A DNA stretch of 64,000 bases from Candidatus Limnocylindrales bacterium (GTDB taxonomy: Bacteria > Chloroflexota > Limnocylindria > Limnocylindrales > CSP1-4). The translations under genes and the position numbers were made by a program. The notes under the pieces were generated by a model. It had not been told where the DNA came from, made no database searches, and saw only the letters and a list, made by a program, of their open reading frames with translations. How positions within the stretch are numbered: position 1 is the first letter of the stretch; the number at the start of each line of letters is the position of its first letter. The DNA is taken from the NCBI GenBank assembly GCA_049967415.1, contig JBMFSS010000001.1:69876-133875 (forward strand). The letters run 5' to 3'. Positions 10,355 to 21,956 of this stretch are shown here, piece after piece.

Positions 10355-11121
10355 GCGTCTCCGGAGAAGCGCAGGAACGCCTCCTCGAGGCTGTCGGTGC
10401 CGGCCCGCCGGCGCAGCTCCCCGCCGGTGCCGCGGGCAAAGACCCTGCCGGCCCGGATGAAGAGCAGCTCGTCGCAGCGATCCGCCTCGTCCATCACGTG
10501 GCTCGTCACGAGCAGCGTGGCACCCGCCGCGGCGAGGGCCCGGAAATGCCGCCAGAACTGCACCCGCAGCGCCGGGTCGATCCCCACCGTGGGCTCGTCG
10601 AGCACCAGGATCGGGGGGCGGTGGACGAGCGCGCAGGCGAGCGAGAGGCGGCGACGCATCCCTCCCGACAGCTGGAGTGCGGGCGTGCCGAGCCGGTCGG
10701 CCAGCTCGACGACCTGGAGCGTCTCGACCAGCCGGGCCCGGTCGAACGACCCGTAAAGACCGGCGAAGAAGCGGACGTTCTCCCACACCGAGAGCTCCGG
10801 GTAGATCCCGTCCGCCTGCGTCATGTACCCGACGCGGGCGAGCATCTCCCGCGAGGGCACGCGCTGGCCGAGCAGCCGGGCCTCGCCGGCAGAGGGCCGC
10901 GCGAGCCCGACCAGCAGCCGGATCAGGGTGGTCTTGCCCGATCCGTTGGGGCCCAGGAGGCCGTAGATGCGCCCCGGCCGCAGGGCGATGTCGACGCCGT
11001 CCACGGCGCGGATCGGCCCGAAGATCTTGACGAGGCCGCGCCCCTCGATCGCGGGCGCCGAGGGGCTCACATCCACGTCAGGGGCCGCCGTCACGTCCAC
11101 CACGCGGTCTGGCCCGGCCAC
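10348..11121 (-). CDS. ABC transporter ATP-binding protein
   Basis: Walker A (GLLGPNGSGKTT), signature (LSGGMRRRL) and Walker B (ILVLDEP). Lies immediately downstream of dnaK on the same strand. Confidence 0.85.
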   Translation of the reverse strand: MAGPDRVVDVTAAPDVDVSPSAPAIEGRGLVKIFGPIRAVDGVDIALRPGRIYGLLGPNGSGKTTLIRLLVGLARPSAGEARLLGQRVPSREMLARVGYMTQADGIYPELSVWENVRFFAGLYGSFDRARLVETLQVVELADRLGTPALQLSGGMRRRLSLACALVHRPPILVLDEPTVGIDPALRVQFWRHFRALAAAGATLLVTSHVMDEADRCDELLFIRAGRVFARGTGGELRRRAGTDSLEEAFLRFSGDAA

Positions 11122-11232
11122 CCGCCACGCCGGCTGGCGCGGACCCCTGCAGGGCCGCGTGCGCCCGCAGCAGACCCGGCGTCACCCTCGCGGTACACGC
11201 CGGCAGCGGAGATCGCAGGTCACGGCGCTCCC

Positions 11233-13155
<1,923 letters not shown>

Positions 13156-13158
13156 GGA

Positions 13159-13827
13159 TCAGTGCTCTCCTTCGGGCCTTTCCTGCCCGCCCACGTTGTT
13201 GGCGACGACGACGAGCGAGGGACGCAGGACGCGCTCCCGCAGGCGATAGCCGCGCTGCAGCTCTGCGATGACCGTCCCATCCGGGGCCTCGCTGGTTTCC
13301 TGGTGCACAACGGCCTCGTGCTCGCGCGGGTCGAAGGGTTTGCCGATCGATTCGATGGGGGTCAGCCCCTCCGATTCAAGCAGCGCACGCAGCTTGCGCT
13401 CGACGAGCCAGACGCCGTCCACCCAGCCAGTCTGGCCGACCTCCTCCGGCATCGCCTCAAGCGCACGATCGAAGTCGTCGACGACGGCCAGTAGCTTGCG
13501 GATCAGCGACTCGCTGGCCAGCCCCAGCGTGGCCTCGCGCTCCTGTTCGCTGCGCCGGCGGTAGTTCTGGAAGTCGGCCGCACTGCGCTGCCACGCGGCC
13601 CGCATCTCGCCGGCCTCCTGCCGAGCAGCCTCGAGCTCTGCCCGAAGCTGCTCGATCTCGGCTCGCAGCGCCTCAACTTCGGACGGCGCAGCACCCGGGG
13701 CGGCCGTCTCGCCTGGAACGCCGGCCTGATCAGGGACCTGCGAGGCGGCCCCGTCGCCGTTCGGGCGGTGCGCGCCCTGGACATGGATCCGGCGGCGCGT
13801 GCCGCCGTCGTGCTGTCGTTCAGTCAT
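13159..13827 (-). CDS. grpE: Nucleotide exchange factor GrpE
   Basis: 222 aa with the GrpE coiled coil and C-terminal beta domain (...FQNYRRRSEQERE...KPFDPREHEAV...). Sits 3 nt upstream of dnaK. Confidence 0.9.
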   Translation of the reverse strand: MTERQHDGGTRRRIHVQGAHRPNGDGAASQVPDQAGVPGETAAPGAAPSEVEALRAEIEQLRAELEAARQEAGEMRAAWQRSAADFQNYRRRSEQEREATLGLASESLIRKLLAVVDDFDRALEAMPEEVGQTGWVDGVWLVERKLRALLESEGLTPIESIGKPFDPREHEAVVHQETSEAPDGTVIAELQRGYRLRERVLRPSLVVVANNVGGQERPEGEH

Positions 13828-14888
13828 GCGTAGAAATGGTCCACCAGTTCATTCATGAGGCCGCTCACGTAACGGACACTGCTGATGGCATGCGGGTACG
13901 GCATGCGCGTCGGTCCGAGCACCCCGATCAGGCCCATGGCGCGCCCGGGGCGGCCGTACGCGGCCACCACGAGACTCACGTCGCGCATCTCCTCGACCTC
14001 GTTCTCGCTGCCGATGAAGACCTGCACGTCGTTGCGGGCCGCCGCCTGGCGAACCAGCCGACCAAGGTACTCGCGGTTCTGCAGGGCGCCGAACACGCGC
14101 CGGACCTTCTCGGACTCGGAGAACTCCGGAGCCGCGAGCACGTTGAGAAGGCCCTCGCTGACCACGTCCTCCACGGAAGCGGCATCGAATTCCTGCATGA
14201 CGTGGAGGGCCCGAGCGGCGGCCACGCGCACCAGGCGATCCCCCTCGGTCTCGTTCGGCAGGGTGGCGAGGGCGGCCTCGACCTGCGCGGTGCTCCGTCC
14301 GGCGAGCAGCTCGTTGAGCCGCCGGGCCGCCTGGTCGAGGGTCTCCTGGCCAACCGCCTCGTGGAGCTGCAGGAGGCACTGCTTGACCGGACCCTCCGCA
14401 AGGACCAGGACCACGGCAGCAACGCGGTCCCCGCTGCTCACCAGGTCGACCCGCCGCAGTCGCGCGGTGGCCGGTTTCGCTGGCGTGGCAAGCCCCGCCT
14501 CCCGGGTCACGGCGGCCAGCGTAGCCGCGGCGAGCCGGAACCACTGCTCGGAGGTGTACTCGACCTGCCCGAACTGGTGCCGGATCATGAGCTGTTCAAC
14601 CGGGGCCAGGTGGACCGCGTCCTCGATCGAGGTCACGTAGAGGCGGTAGCCCGCATCGGTGGGCGTTCGCCCGGCGCTCGTGTGGGGGTGCGAGAGATAG
14701 CCGGCCCGTTCCAGCTCGGCCATGATGTTGCGCACGGTCGCCGCGCTGATCGCCAGCCCGTAGCGCTCCACCAGCGACTGGCTGCCCACCGGCAGCGCCG
14801 TCACCACGTATTCCTCGATGATGGTCCGCAGGATCGCCTGCGCCCGCGGGTCGAGCGGCCCCGGCTCGCGGTCCTTCCGACGCGCCAC
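13824..14888 (-). CDS. hrcA: Heat-inducible transcription repressor HrcA
   Basis: 354 aa with an N-terminal wHTH (LDPRAQAILRTIIEEYVVTALPVGSQSLVERYGLAISAATVRNIMAELERAGYL). 4-nt overlap with grpE. A CIRCE element lies 46 nt upstream. Confidence 0.9.
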   Translation of the reverse strand: MARRKDREPGPLDPRAQAILRTIIEEYVVTALPVGSQSLVERYGLAISAATVRNIMAELERAGYLSHPHTSAGRTPTDAGYRLYVTSIEDAVHLAPVEQLMIRHQFGQVEYTSEQWFRLAAATLAAVTREAGLATPAKPATARLRRVDLVSSGDRVAAVVLVLAEGPVKQCLLQLHEAVGQETLDQAARRLNELLAGRSTAQVEAALATLPNETEGDRLVRVAAARALHVMQEFDAASVEDVVSEGLLNVLAAPEFSESEKVRRVFGALQNREYLGRLVRQAAARNDVQVFIGSENEVEEMRDVSLVVAAYGRPGRAMGLIGVLGPTRMPYPHAISSVRYVSGLMNELVDHFYA

Positions 14889-14933
14889 GCCGTGTTCCTC
14901 GTCAGGTGGCCGGCAACGTCACCGGCTCCAGCG

Positions 14934-14960
14934 GTTAGCACTCTCTGCTTGTGAGTGCTA
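14934..14960. promoter_or_regulatory. CIRCE operator (HrcA binding site), TTAGCACTC-N9-GAGTGCTAA
   Basis: Perfect consensus inverted repeat ttagcactc-tctgcttgt-gagtgctaa, located directly upstream of the hrcA-grpE-dnaK start. Confidence 0.85.
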
Positions 14961-15212
14961 ACCGCTGGGATGGTACCAAGCGGAGTCGCCGGGTGTCAAT
15001 GGCCCGGCGACCAGCTGTGAACGGCCGCGGCCCAGGCGTGACTTTCGCTGGCGCACCAAGGCGGAGCCGCACCAGGGTGGCACGGATCGCCGGCCGACGA
15101 CAACCGCCCAGGCGTGGCTTGACGCCGCCCCGCATGGACCTTATATTTCCTGCGTACTTTACGTTCTTTGCCCAGAGCTATCAAGGCTGTTACAGGTGCC
15201 GGAAGCGCGCGT

Positions 15213-15992
15213 ATGACCCTGACCCATCGACAGACAACCATCGTCCGCGCCTTGCTCGACTTGTACCGGGAGGCGCACGAGCCGATCCCGTACCGGGTGG
15301 TGGCGGAGCGCCTGCGGGTGTCGGGGCCCACTGCCTACCGGATGCTGCGCCTCGCCGAGGCCCAGGGCTACGTCGAGGCAGTGTATGCGCCCCGGCCGCC
15401 GGTGGCCGGGGCGGGCCGCTCGGCCGTCCTGTTCGCCCCCACGGCGCTCGCGCAGCGCCGCATCGCGGACGCGGCGGGCGCCAGCACGGACGTCGACTGG
15501 GAGGCCACCAAACGCCGCGTGCTGGAGGCACTGCGCAGCCACAGCATCCCGGACGCCGAGAACATCGCCCAGCTGGTGGCCGAATTGGAGCAGCCCGCGA
15601 CCCCACTGGCCACGGCCGGCCGGCTGATCGCCGCGCTCATGATCACGCTCGAGGACTCTCGACCGCGGGGCGGGCAGGGCGAACTGCCGATCCGCCTGGC
15701 CGACACGGGGGGACGGATGGGCCTCGCCGCACTGGGCGGCCTCCTGGTTGGCCTGGCCTGGGCCGATCGGACCCGGCGCGCGCTGAGTGCCCGCCTGGCA
15801 CGGCAGCTGCAGCGCCTGACCCAGGCGCTTGCCACGCTCTCGCCCGCGGAGGAAGCGGACCTGGCGGAGTTCGTCGAGCAGCTTGCCCGGCGGCTGCGCG
15901 CGAGGCGCGACGCTCCGCCCGTGGCCCAGGGTGCGGGGGCCCCGCCGGTGCCGAGGCGGCAGGCCCGGCCCAGCCACCCGGCGGAAAGTTGA
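15213..15992 (+). CDS. Hypothetical winged-helix DNA-binding protein
   Basis: 260 aa from the internal ATG (MTLTHRQTTIVRALLDLYREAHEPIPYRVVAERLRVSGPTAYRMLRLAEAQGYVEAVY). The N-terminal wHTH-like segment is followed by an Ala/Leu-rich helical region. Divergent from hrcA. Confidence 0.45.
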   Translation: MTLTHRQTTIVRALLDLYREAHEPIPYRVVAERLRVSGPTAYRMLRLAEAQGYVEAVYAPRPPVAGAGRSAVLFAPTALAQRRIADAAGASTDVDWEATKRRVLEALRSHSIPDAENIAQLVAELEQPATPLATAGRLIAALMITLEDSRPRGGQGELPIRLADTGGRMGLAALGGLLVGLAWADRTRRALSARLARQLQRLTQALATLSPAEEADLAEFVEQLARRLRARRDAPPVAQGAGAPPVPRRQARPSHPAES

Positions 15993-16122
15993 CCCCGTGA
16001 GTGACGCCCGGACCACCGCGGGCAGGCACGGGCGCCGGGCGCCCGCGCTCGGCGGGAGCAGTCCCTACGGCGCGGCCGGAGCGCGAGCGCCGAGTTGGGG
16101 TGCCGGGAGGCGAGGAGGGCTG

Positions 16123-16797
16123 ATGGCAATGGATCGGCAGGCCGGCCGTCGCGGGTCGGTCTCCGCGATCGTGCCCGTCTACAACGAAGCGAAGACCGTG
16201 GCGCGCGTGGTGGAGACGCTGCTTGGGTGCCCGCACATCGACGAGGTGATCTGCGTCGACGACGGCTCCACCGACGCCAGCCCCGCGATCCTGCGATGCT
16301 TCGGGCCCGCCATCAGACGGATCGAGCTCCCGGCCAACTGCGGGAAGGGGGCGGCGCTGGCGGCGGGGATCCGGATCGCCGGGAGCCCCGTCGTGGCCTT
16401 CTTCGACGCGGACCTGACCAACCTCTCGAACGACCACATCGCGGCCCTGCTGGCGCCCATCCGGGCCGGGACCGCCCGGGCCGTGCTCGCCTACGGGACC
16501 GGCGATACCACCGTCTCCCTGTTGCTCAGCCCCTGGATCGGGGCCCGTTTCACCGGCGAGCGCGCCTACCTGCGCGCCGACCTGCTGCCGCAGCTGGAAC
16601 GGATGGCCGAGACGCGCTTCGGCGTCGAGGTGTTCCTGAATGGCCTCTTCCCCAAGCAGGAGACCGCGGTCGTGCGCCTCGACGGGCTGGTGGGCCTCGG
16701 CAAGGAGGCCAAGCACCCGCCCCTGGTGGCCGCCCGGGAGTACATCGGCGAGGCGGCGGAGGTCACCCGCGAGATCCTGCGGAGCATGCGGGCGTGA
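16123..16797 (+). CDS. Family 2 glycosyltransferase (GT-A fold, short form)
   Basis: MAMDRQ...SAIVPVYNEAKTV...DEVICVDDGSTDASP...FFDADL has the GT2 DxD features. A strong RBS (ggaggcgaggagggctg) precedes the ATG. Confidence 0.7.
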   Translation: MAMDRQAGRRGSVSAIVPVYNEAKTVARVVETLLGCPHIDEVICVDDGSTDASPAILRCFGPAIRRIELPANCGKGAALAAGIRIAGSPVVAFFDADLTNLSNDHIAALLAPIRAGTARAVLAYGTGDTTVSLLLSPWIGARFTGERAYLRADLLPQLERMAETRFGVEVFLNGLFPKQETAVVRLDGLVGLGKEAKHPPLVAAREYIGEAAEVTREILRSMRA

Positions 16798-16941
16798 GCG
16801 CGCGGCGCGGGCCGGGCGGAGGGGGGGCGGGGTGGCGGCGCGCACCGCGGGTGGGCCCGCATGGCGGGTGGGCCTGCAAGGCGGCGAACACGCCGGCGGT
16901 CACACGCACGGCAGCGAGGGGCGTGCGATCAGACGGTGCGG

Positions 16942-18243
16942 TCAGACGATGCGCGCAAGGACCTCGTTCGAGAGGAGGCGCCCGCGCAGCGAGAGCCGCA
17001 CCTGGCCAGCGGCGTCCTCCAGCAGTCCCTGGCCGCGCGCCCAGCCCAGCGCCTCCGCGACCGCGGGCCGCGCGGCGACGTCCGGGCCGATCCCCTCGCG
17101 GAGCCGCAAGCCCAGGATCGCCTCTTCGGCCGCGAACGTCGCGGCGTCAAGCTGCTCCTCTCCGCCCGGGGGAAGCCGCGGGGGAGCGTCACGCGCCGGG
17201 CCGGACCCGGGCGCCAGCGCCGCGAGGTAGCCGTCCAGGCGGGCGGCGTTCCAGCGGCGCAGCGAACAGCCGTCAAAGGCATGCGCGCCCGGGCCCACGG
17301 CTTCGTACGCAAGGTGGCGCCAGTAGGCCAGGTTGTGCCGGCTCTCGTGCCCGGGCCGTGCCCAGTTGGACAGCTCGTACCACACCAGCCCCCGCTCGGC
17401 CAGCAGCTCGTCGGCGAGGATGTACTGGTCCGCAGCGCGGTCCTCATCCTGCTCGGCGCGCGCCCGGGTGCGCCAGGCACGGGCGCCGGGGCGGGTCGGC
17501 AGATGATCGCCGAGCGGTCCCGTCCAGCCCTCGGCGTCCGGATCATCCAGCGTGAGCGCGTAGGCCGAGACGTGGTCGGCGCCGGCATCCAGCACGGCGC
17601 CGAGAGACGCGCGCCACGTCTCCAGGGTCTGCCCCGGCAGGTCGTACAGCAGGTCGACGCTGACCGAGTCGAACCCGGCCCGGCGCGCCTGCGCCAGCGC
17701 CGCATGCACGTCCGCGGGCGAGTGCCGCCGGCCGAGGCGACGTAACTCGCCCGGGTCCATGCTCTGGACACCCAGGCTCAGGCGCGTCACGCCGGCCGCG
17801 ACGAAGCCCGCCAGATCACCGCGCTCATCGGGTCCGGGATTGGCCTCCAGGGTCACTTCGGCATCGGCGGCGATGCCGAAGTGGCGGCGCACGCCGTCCA
17901 GCAGGTCGGCAACCGTCGCCGCAGGCAGGAGCGAAGGCGTGCCGCCACCCAAATAGACGCTCGCCAACGGCGGGCGCGCGCCAAGGGCACGATCCAGGGC
18001 TGCCGCCCGCAGGCGCAGCTCCTCGCCGAGCGCCGCGACGAAGGCCGGCACGCTCGCGCCCGGGCCGCGCGCCGTGCGACCCGTGTAGACCACGAAGTCG
18101 CAGTATGGGCAAAGCGAGAGACAGAAGGGGACATGCACGTACAGCGCCACCGGCGGAGCGGGCCGCGATCCGGTGGGCGCGGTGACAGGGACCGGCCCGG
18201 TCGCCCCCATGGCCGGACTGCCCCCGGCCGGCACGCCGCCCAT
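16942..18243 (-). CDS. hemW: Radical SAM heme chaperone HemW (HemN-like)
   Basis: The CxxxCxxC radical-SAM motif (VHVPFCLSLCPYCDF) and the HemN C-terminal domain. Conserved lepA-hemW-hrcA neighbourhood. The true start is probably the internal ATG near 18210. Confidence 0.85.
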   Translation of the reverse strand: MGGVPAGGSPAMGATGPVPVTAPTGSRPAPPVALYVHVPFCLSLCPYCDFVVYTGRTARGPGASVPAFVAALGEELRLRAAALDRALGARPPLASVYLGGGTPSLLPAATVADLLDGVRRHFGIAADAEVTLEANPGPDERGDLAGFVAAGVTRLSLGVQSMDPGELRRLGRRHSPADVHAALAQARRAGFDSVSVDLLYDLPGQTLETWRASLGAVLDAGADHVSAYALTLDDPDAEGWTGPLGDHLPTRPGARAWRTRARAEQDEDRAADQYILADELLAERGLVWYELSNWARPGHESRHNLAYWRHLAYEAVGPGAHAFDGCSLRRWNAARLDGYLAALAPGSGPARDAPPRLPPGGEEQLDAATFAAEEAILGLRLREGIGPDVAARPAVAEALGWARGQGLLEDAAGQVRLSLRGRLLSNEVLARIV

Positions 18244-18253
18244 CGGCTCGCCT

Positions 18254-18955
18254 TCAGGCCAGCTGGCGCGGCACGATGGGCGGCAGCGCGCCGGGCACCG
18301 CGAGGGCGGTGAAGCGGGTCACCGCGTGGGCTACCAGGGGCGCGGCGATCCCGCCTGTCGCCAGTGCCAGGAGCCCTGTCAGGACGCCCAGGCCAAGCGC
18401 CTCCCCGAGCAGCCCGAGGGTGACGGTGTACTGGCCCAGCCGCGTCGCCAGCCCGTAGACCAACAGCTGAACCAGGAACGCGACGCCCGGCGGCAGACCG
18501 GCCAGCAACAGGAGCCCGAGCAGGACGCCCCGAAAGGTCAATTCGTCGACGACGGCGGTCGCGGCTGCGTCCAGGGCGAGCCGTGGCACCCGCCGTGCCG
18601 GACCCGGGCGTGGAACCTGGTCGGGCGCCCGCAGCCGGGCGAGCCCCACCACGACGAGCACGCCGGCCGCGCTCCCGAGGAGCGCCCCCACGATGGTGGT
18701 GCCCGAGAGGAAGGTTGCTCCCCCCAGCCCGATTGCCGAGCGGCCTGCGGGAAGCAGCACGGCCACACCGGCCGCCAGAAGGATCGCCAGCACCGGCCAG
18801 GCCAGCCGCGTCGCGATGCCGCCGGGCGAGTCGTCCGCCTGGTCCGCGTCGTACTCGGCCGACGCAAACCGCGGGGCATCCAGGCGCAGCAGCAGCAGGA
18901 GACCGGCCAGCGCAATCGCCATCAGGGTGCGTAGCTCGTTCACCGGCACGGACAC
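18254..18955 (-). CDS. CPBP family intramembrane metalloprotease (CAAX protease-like)
   Basis: Multi-TM protein with the EELTFRG-like motif (DELTFRGVLLGLLL). Start set at a GTG with a GGGAGG RBS. Confidence 0.6.
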   Translation of the reverse strand: MSVPVNELRTLMAIALAGLLLLLRLDAPRFASAEYDADQADDSPGGIATRLAWPVLAILLAAGVAVLLPAGRSAIGLGGATFLSGTTIVGALLGSAAGVLVVVGLARLRAPDQVPRPGPARRVPRLALDAAATAVVDELTFRGVLLGLLLLAGLPPGVAFLVQLLVYGLATRLGQYTVTLGLLGEALGLGVLTGLLALATGGIAAPLVAHAVTRFTALAVPGALPPIVPRQLA

Positions 18956-18993
18956 CGTTCCCCTCCCGGGTCCCCTCGGCGCAGGATCCCCGA

Positions 18994-20805
18994 TCAGGAC
19001 CCTTCGTCGGTCCGCAGGATCGCGAGGAACGCCTCCTGCGGGATCTCCACCTGCCCCACGCGCTTCATGCGCTGCTTGCCCTCGCGCTGCTTCTCCAGCA
19101 GCTTGCGCTTGCGCGTGATGTCCCCACCGTAGCACTTCGCCAGCACGTTCTTGCGCATGGCGCCGATGGTCTCGCGGGCCACCACAGTGCTCCCGATGGC
19201 GGCCTGGATCGGCACCTCGAACATCTGGCGCGGGATCAACTTCTTCAGCCGCTCCGCCAGCATGCGCCCCTGCGCCTGCGCGTCTTCGCGGTGCACGATC
19301 ATCGAGAGCGCGTCGACGGGCTCGCCATTGACCAGGATCTCCAGCTTCACCAGCCGCTCCGGCCGGTACCCGACCTCCTCGTAGTCCATGCTCGCATAGC
19401 CCTGCGTGCGGCTCTTGAGCTGATCGTAGAAATCGACGATCACCTCGGCGAGCGGAAACTCGAACTGCATGAGCACGCGCACCTGGTCCAGGTAATCCAT
19501 GGACTGGAACGTGCCGCGGCGGAGCTTGGCGAGTTCCATGAGCGTCCCGATGTACGTGTTCGGCGTCACGATCTTCACGCGCACCCAGGGCTCGGCGATC
19601 TGCTCGATCTCGGAGGGACCCGGGAGCTCGGCCGGGTTGTCCACGCGGAGCTCGCCGCGACCACCGGTCAGGGTGGCCACGTATTCCACCGACGGCGCGG
19701 AGGCGATCAGTTCGAGGCCGAATTCGCGCTCCAGCCGCTCCTGGACGATCTCCATGTGGAGCAGACCCAGGAACCCGCAGCGGAACCCGAACCCCAGCGC
19801 CACGGAGCTCTCCGGCTCGAAGGTGATGGAGGCGTCGTTCAGGTGCAGCTTCTCCAGCGCATCGCGCAGGAGCGGGTAGTCGGGGCCGTTGATCGGGTAG
19901 ATCCCGGCGAACACGAGGGGCTTCGCGGCCTTGTAGCCGGGGAGCGGGGCCTCGGCGGGCCGTGCCGCGGAGGTGATCGTGTCCCCCACCTGGCAGTCAC
20001 GCACGCTCTTGAGGCCGGTGGCCACGTAGCCGACCTCGCCGGCCGACAGCGTCTCGACCGGTACCAGCTGCGGTCGGAAGATGCCCAGCTCCAGGAGCTC
20101 ACTTTCCGCGCCGGACGCCATCAGCCGGACCGCCTCGTGCGGGTGCAGAGTGCCCTCGGCCAGGCGGACGTAGGCGACCACGCCCTTGTACGCGTCGTAG
20201 TGCGAGTCGAAGATCAGCCCACGGACGGGGGCTTCCGGATCGCCCCCGGGGGGCGGGATGCGGCGCACCACGGCCTCCAGGATCTCGGGAACGCCGGTCC
20301 CCTCCTTCGCCGAGGCGAGGATCACGTCCTCGCGTGGGATCGCCAGCACGTTCTCCAGTTCGTCCACCACCAGGTCCGGCTGGGCGGAGGGGAGGTCGAT
20401 CTTGTTGACGACCGGGATGATCACCAGGTTGTGCTCGAGCGCCAGGTAGACGTTCGCCAGCGTCTGGGCCTCGATCCCCTGGGCGGCATCCACCACCAGA
20501 ATGGCCCCCTCGCATGCCTGCAATGAGCGGCTCACCTCGTAGGTGAAGTCGACGTGGCCAGGCGTGTCGATCAGGTTGAGCGCGTAGGTCGCGCCGTCGG
20601 AGGCCAGGTAATGGAGCCGGACCGCGCGCGCCTTGATGGTGATGCCGTGCTCGCGCTCGAGGTCCATCGAGTCCAGCACCTGGCTCGTCATCTGGCGCGC
20701 CTCGATGGTGTGGGTCAGCTCCAGGAACCGGTCCGCGAGGGTGGACTTTCCGTGATCGACGTGCGCGATGATGGAAAAGTTGCGAAACCGCTCCTGGGGA
20801 ATCAT
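18994..20805 (-). CDS. lepA: Elongation factor 4 (LepA)
   Basis: 603 aa, [29 protein letters not shown]...; canonical LepA. Confidence 0.95.
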   Translation of the reverse strand: MIPQERFRNFSIIAHVDHGKSTLADRFLELTHTIEARQMTSQVLDSMDLEREHGITIKARAVRLHYLASDGATYALNLIDTPGHVDFTYEVSRSLQACEGAILVVDAAQGIEAQTLANVYLALEHNLVIIPVVNKIDLPSAQPDLVVDELENVLAIPREDVILASAKEGTGVPEILEAVVRRIPPPGGDPEAPVRGLIFDSHYDAYKGVVAYVRLAEGTLHPHEAVRLMASGAESELLELGIFRPQLVPVETLSAGEVGYVATGLKSVRDCQVGDTITSAARPAEAPLPGYKAAKPLVFAGIYPINGPDYPLLRDALEKLHLNDASITFEPESSVALGFGFRCGFLGLLHMEIVQERLEREFGLELIASAPSVEYVATLTGGRGELRVDNPAELPGPSEIEQIAEPWVRVKIVTPNTYIGTLMELAKLRRGTFQSMDYLDQVRVLMQFEFPLAEVIVDFYDQLKSRTQGYASMDYEEVGYRPERLVKLEILVNGEPVDALSMIVHREDAQAQGRMLAERLKKLIPRQMFEVPIQAAIGSTVVARETIGAMRKNVLAKCYGGDITRKRKLLEKQREGKQRMKRVGQVEIPQEAFLAILRTDEGS

Positions 20806-20969
20806 GAGGCTCGGCGAGTGTACCAGAGCTGCCCGGCGACTCAGCCAGCGCTGTACCAGCGCCAGTCTGGTGCCGACCTGATACCATAAGCGGCCGTGTC
20901 GCTCGCCACCGGCAGCGGCGCGCAGGCTCGCCCGTCATCACACACCATCGCATCGAGGATCGATCCGCC

Positions 20970-21695
20970 TTGGCACACTCGGCTCGCAACTGGAAGGGCG
21001 CACGGACGCCGCAGGCCATCAAGCGCGACCGCCAGGCCGTGCGCCGGCACGAGATCAACCAGCCTCGCGTCTCGCGGGCCCGGACGCTCGTCACCAAGAC
21101 GGTGCGTGCGGCTATGGAGGGGGACACGGAGACTGTCGAGGCGACCCTGCCGCAGGCGGCATCGGCGCTCGACAGGGCTGCCAAGACGGGTGCCATCCAT
21201 CCCAATGCGGCGGCGCGCCGCAAGAGCCGCCTGATGCGCAAGGTCAACGCCGCGCTCGCGGGCTCGGCGGTCGTGGGGACCGCTCGGGCAACCAAGACCA
21301 CCGGCAAGGCAGCCGCCGCCAAGGCCGCCAAGGCCCGGGTGGCCGCCTCCCGAGCAACCAAGGCCAAGGGCGAGCAGACGGCCGCCGGCAAGGCGCGGGC
21401 GGCCGTGCATCGAGCAACGCGCGGCGAGGCGACCGACACGGCGACCCCCGCGGGCACCGTTTCCTCGCCGGCCAGCACCGGCCGCGCGGCCCCCAAGAGT
21501 GCCACCCGGGCCGCCTCGACGCCGAGAGCCGCAGCGGCCAGGACGCCGCGGGCCGCTGCGGGCGACGCCGCCCCTGACGCCGCAGCGAAGGCGCGGCGCA
21601 CGCCGCGCGCATCCAAGGCCGCCGACGGCGCGCCTGCCGAGAAGCCGGCCCGCGCCCCCCGCGCGCCCCGCGCGAAGAAACCGCCGGAGGCCTAG
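20970..21695 (+). CDS. rpsT: 30S ribosomal protein S20 with a ~150-aa Ala/Lys/Thr-rich C-terminal extension
   Basis: The N-terminal ~90 aa (ARTPQAIKRDRQAVRRHEINQPRVSRARTLVTKTVRAAMEGD...AAKTGAIHPNAAARRKSRLMRKVNAAL) match S20. The same frame then continues through a K/A/T/P-rich low-complexity tail to 241 aa. Confidence 0.7.
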   Translation: MAHSARNWKGARTPQAIKRDRQAVRRHEINQPRVSRARTLVTKTVRAAMEGDTETVEATLPQAASALDRAAKTGAIHPNAAARRKSRLMRKVNAALAGSAVVGTARATKTTGKAAAAKAAKARVAASRATKAKGEQTAAGKARAAVHRATRGEATDTATPAGTVSSPASTGRAAPKSATRAASTPRAAAARTPRAAAGDAAPDAAAKARRTPRASKAADGAPAEKPARAPRAPRAKKPPEA

Positions 21696-21852
21696 CTCTC
21701 CGGGTCGAACGCGTGGCCGGCCGCGTCCGGCAGCCGGCGTGCCAGCGCTTGCCCGCGTCCACGGCCGCCAAAGTGGGCCGCAGACGCGCCAGAGCGCGGT
21801 CCGGGCGCGCGAAGTCCCACGCGCCGGAAGTCCTCAGCCCCGAGAGATGAAA

Positions 21853-21886
21853 AGCACGAGGCCCGGACAGCATCCGGGCCTCGTCG
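21853..21886 (-). terminator. Putative intrinsic terminator downstream of pgk (11-bp GC stem, 5-nt loop, U-rich tail on the minus-strand transcript)
   Basis: cgaggcccgga-cagca-tccgggcctcg, flanked on the plus strand by gatgaaaa, which gives UUUUCAUC after the stem on the minus strand. It lies between the convergent rpsT and pgk genes. Confidence 0.45.
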
Positions 21887-21956
21887 CAGCTTCCAAGTCC
21901 TGATCCGCTCGCCGTCCGGGCAACCCTGACGTGCGCGGATCAGGATCCAGGCACCT

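Noticed and set aside
14951-16000. 349-aa plus-strand ORF starting inside the CIRCE element
   Set aside because: Its start lies within the operator, its composition is Gly/Arg/Pro-rich, and it overlaps the more plausible wHTH ORF (15213..15992) in another frame.
20841-21410. 189-aa minus-strand ORF overlapping rpsT
   Set aside because: Antisense to a well-supported S20 gene; Gly/Arg-rich.
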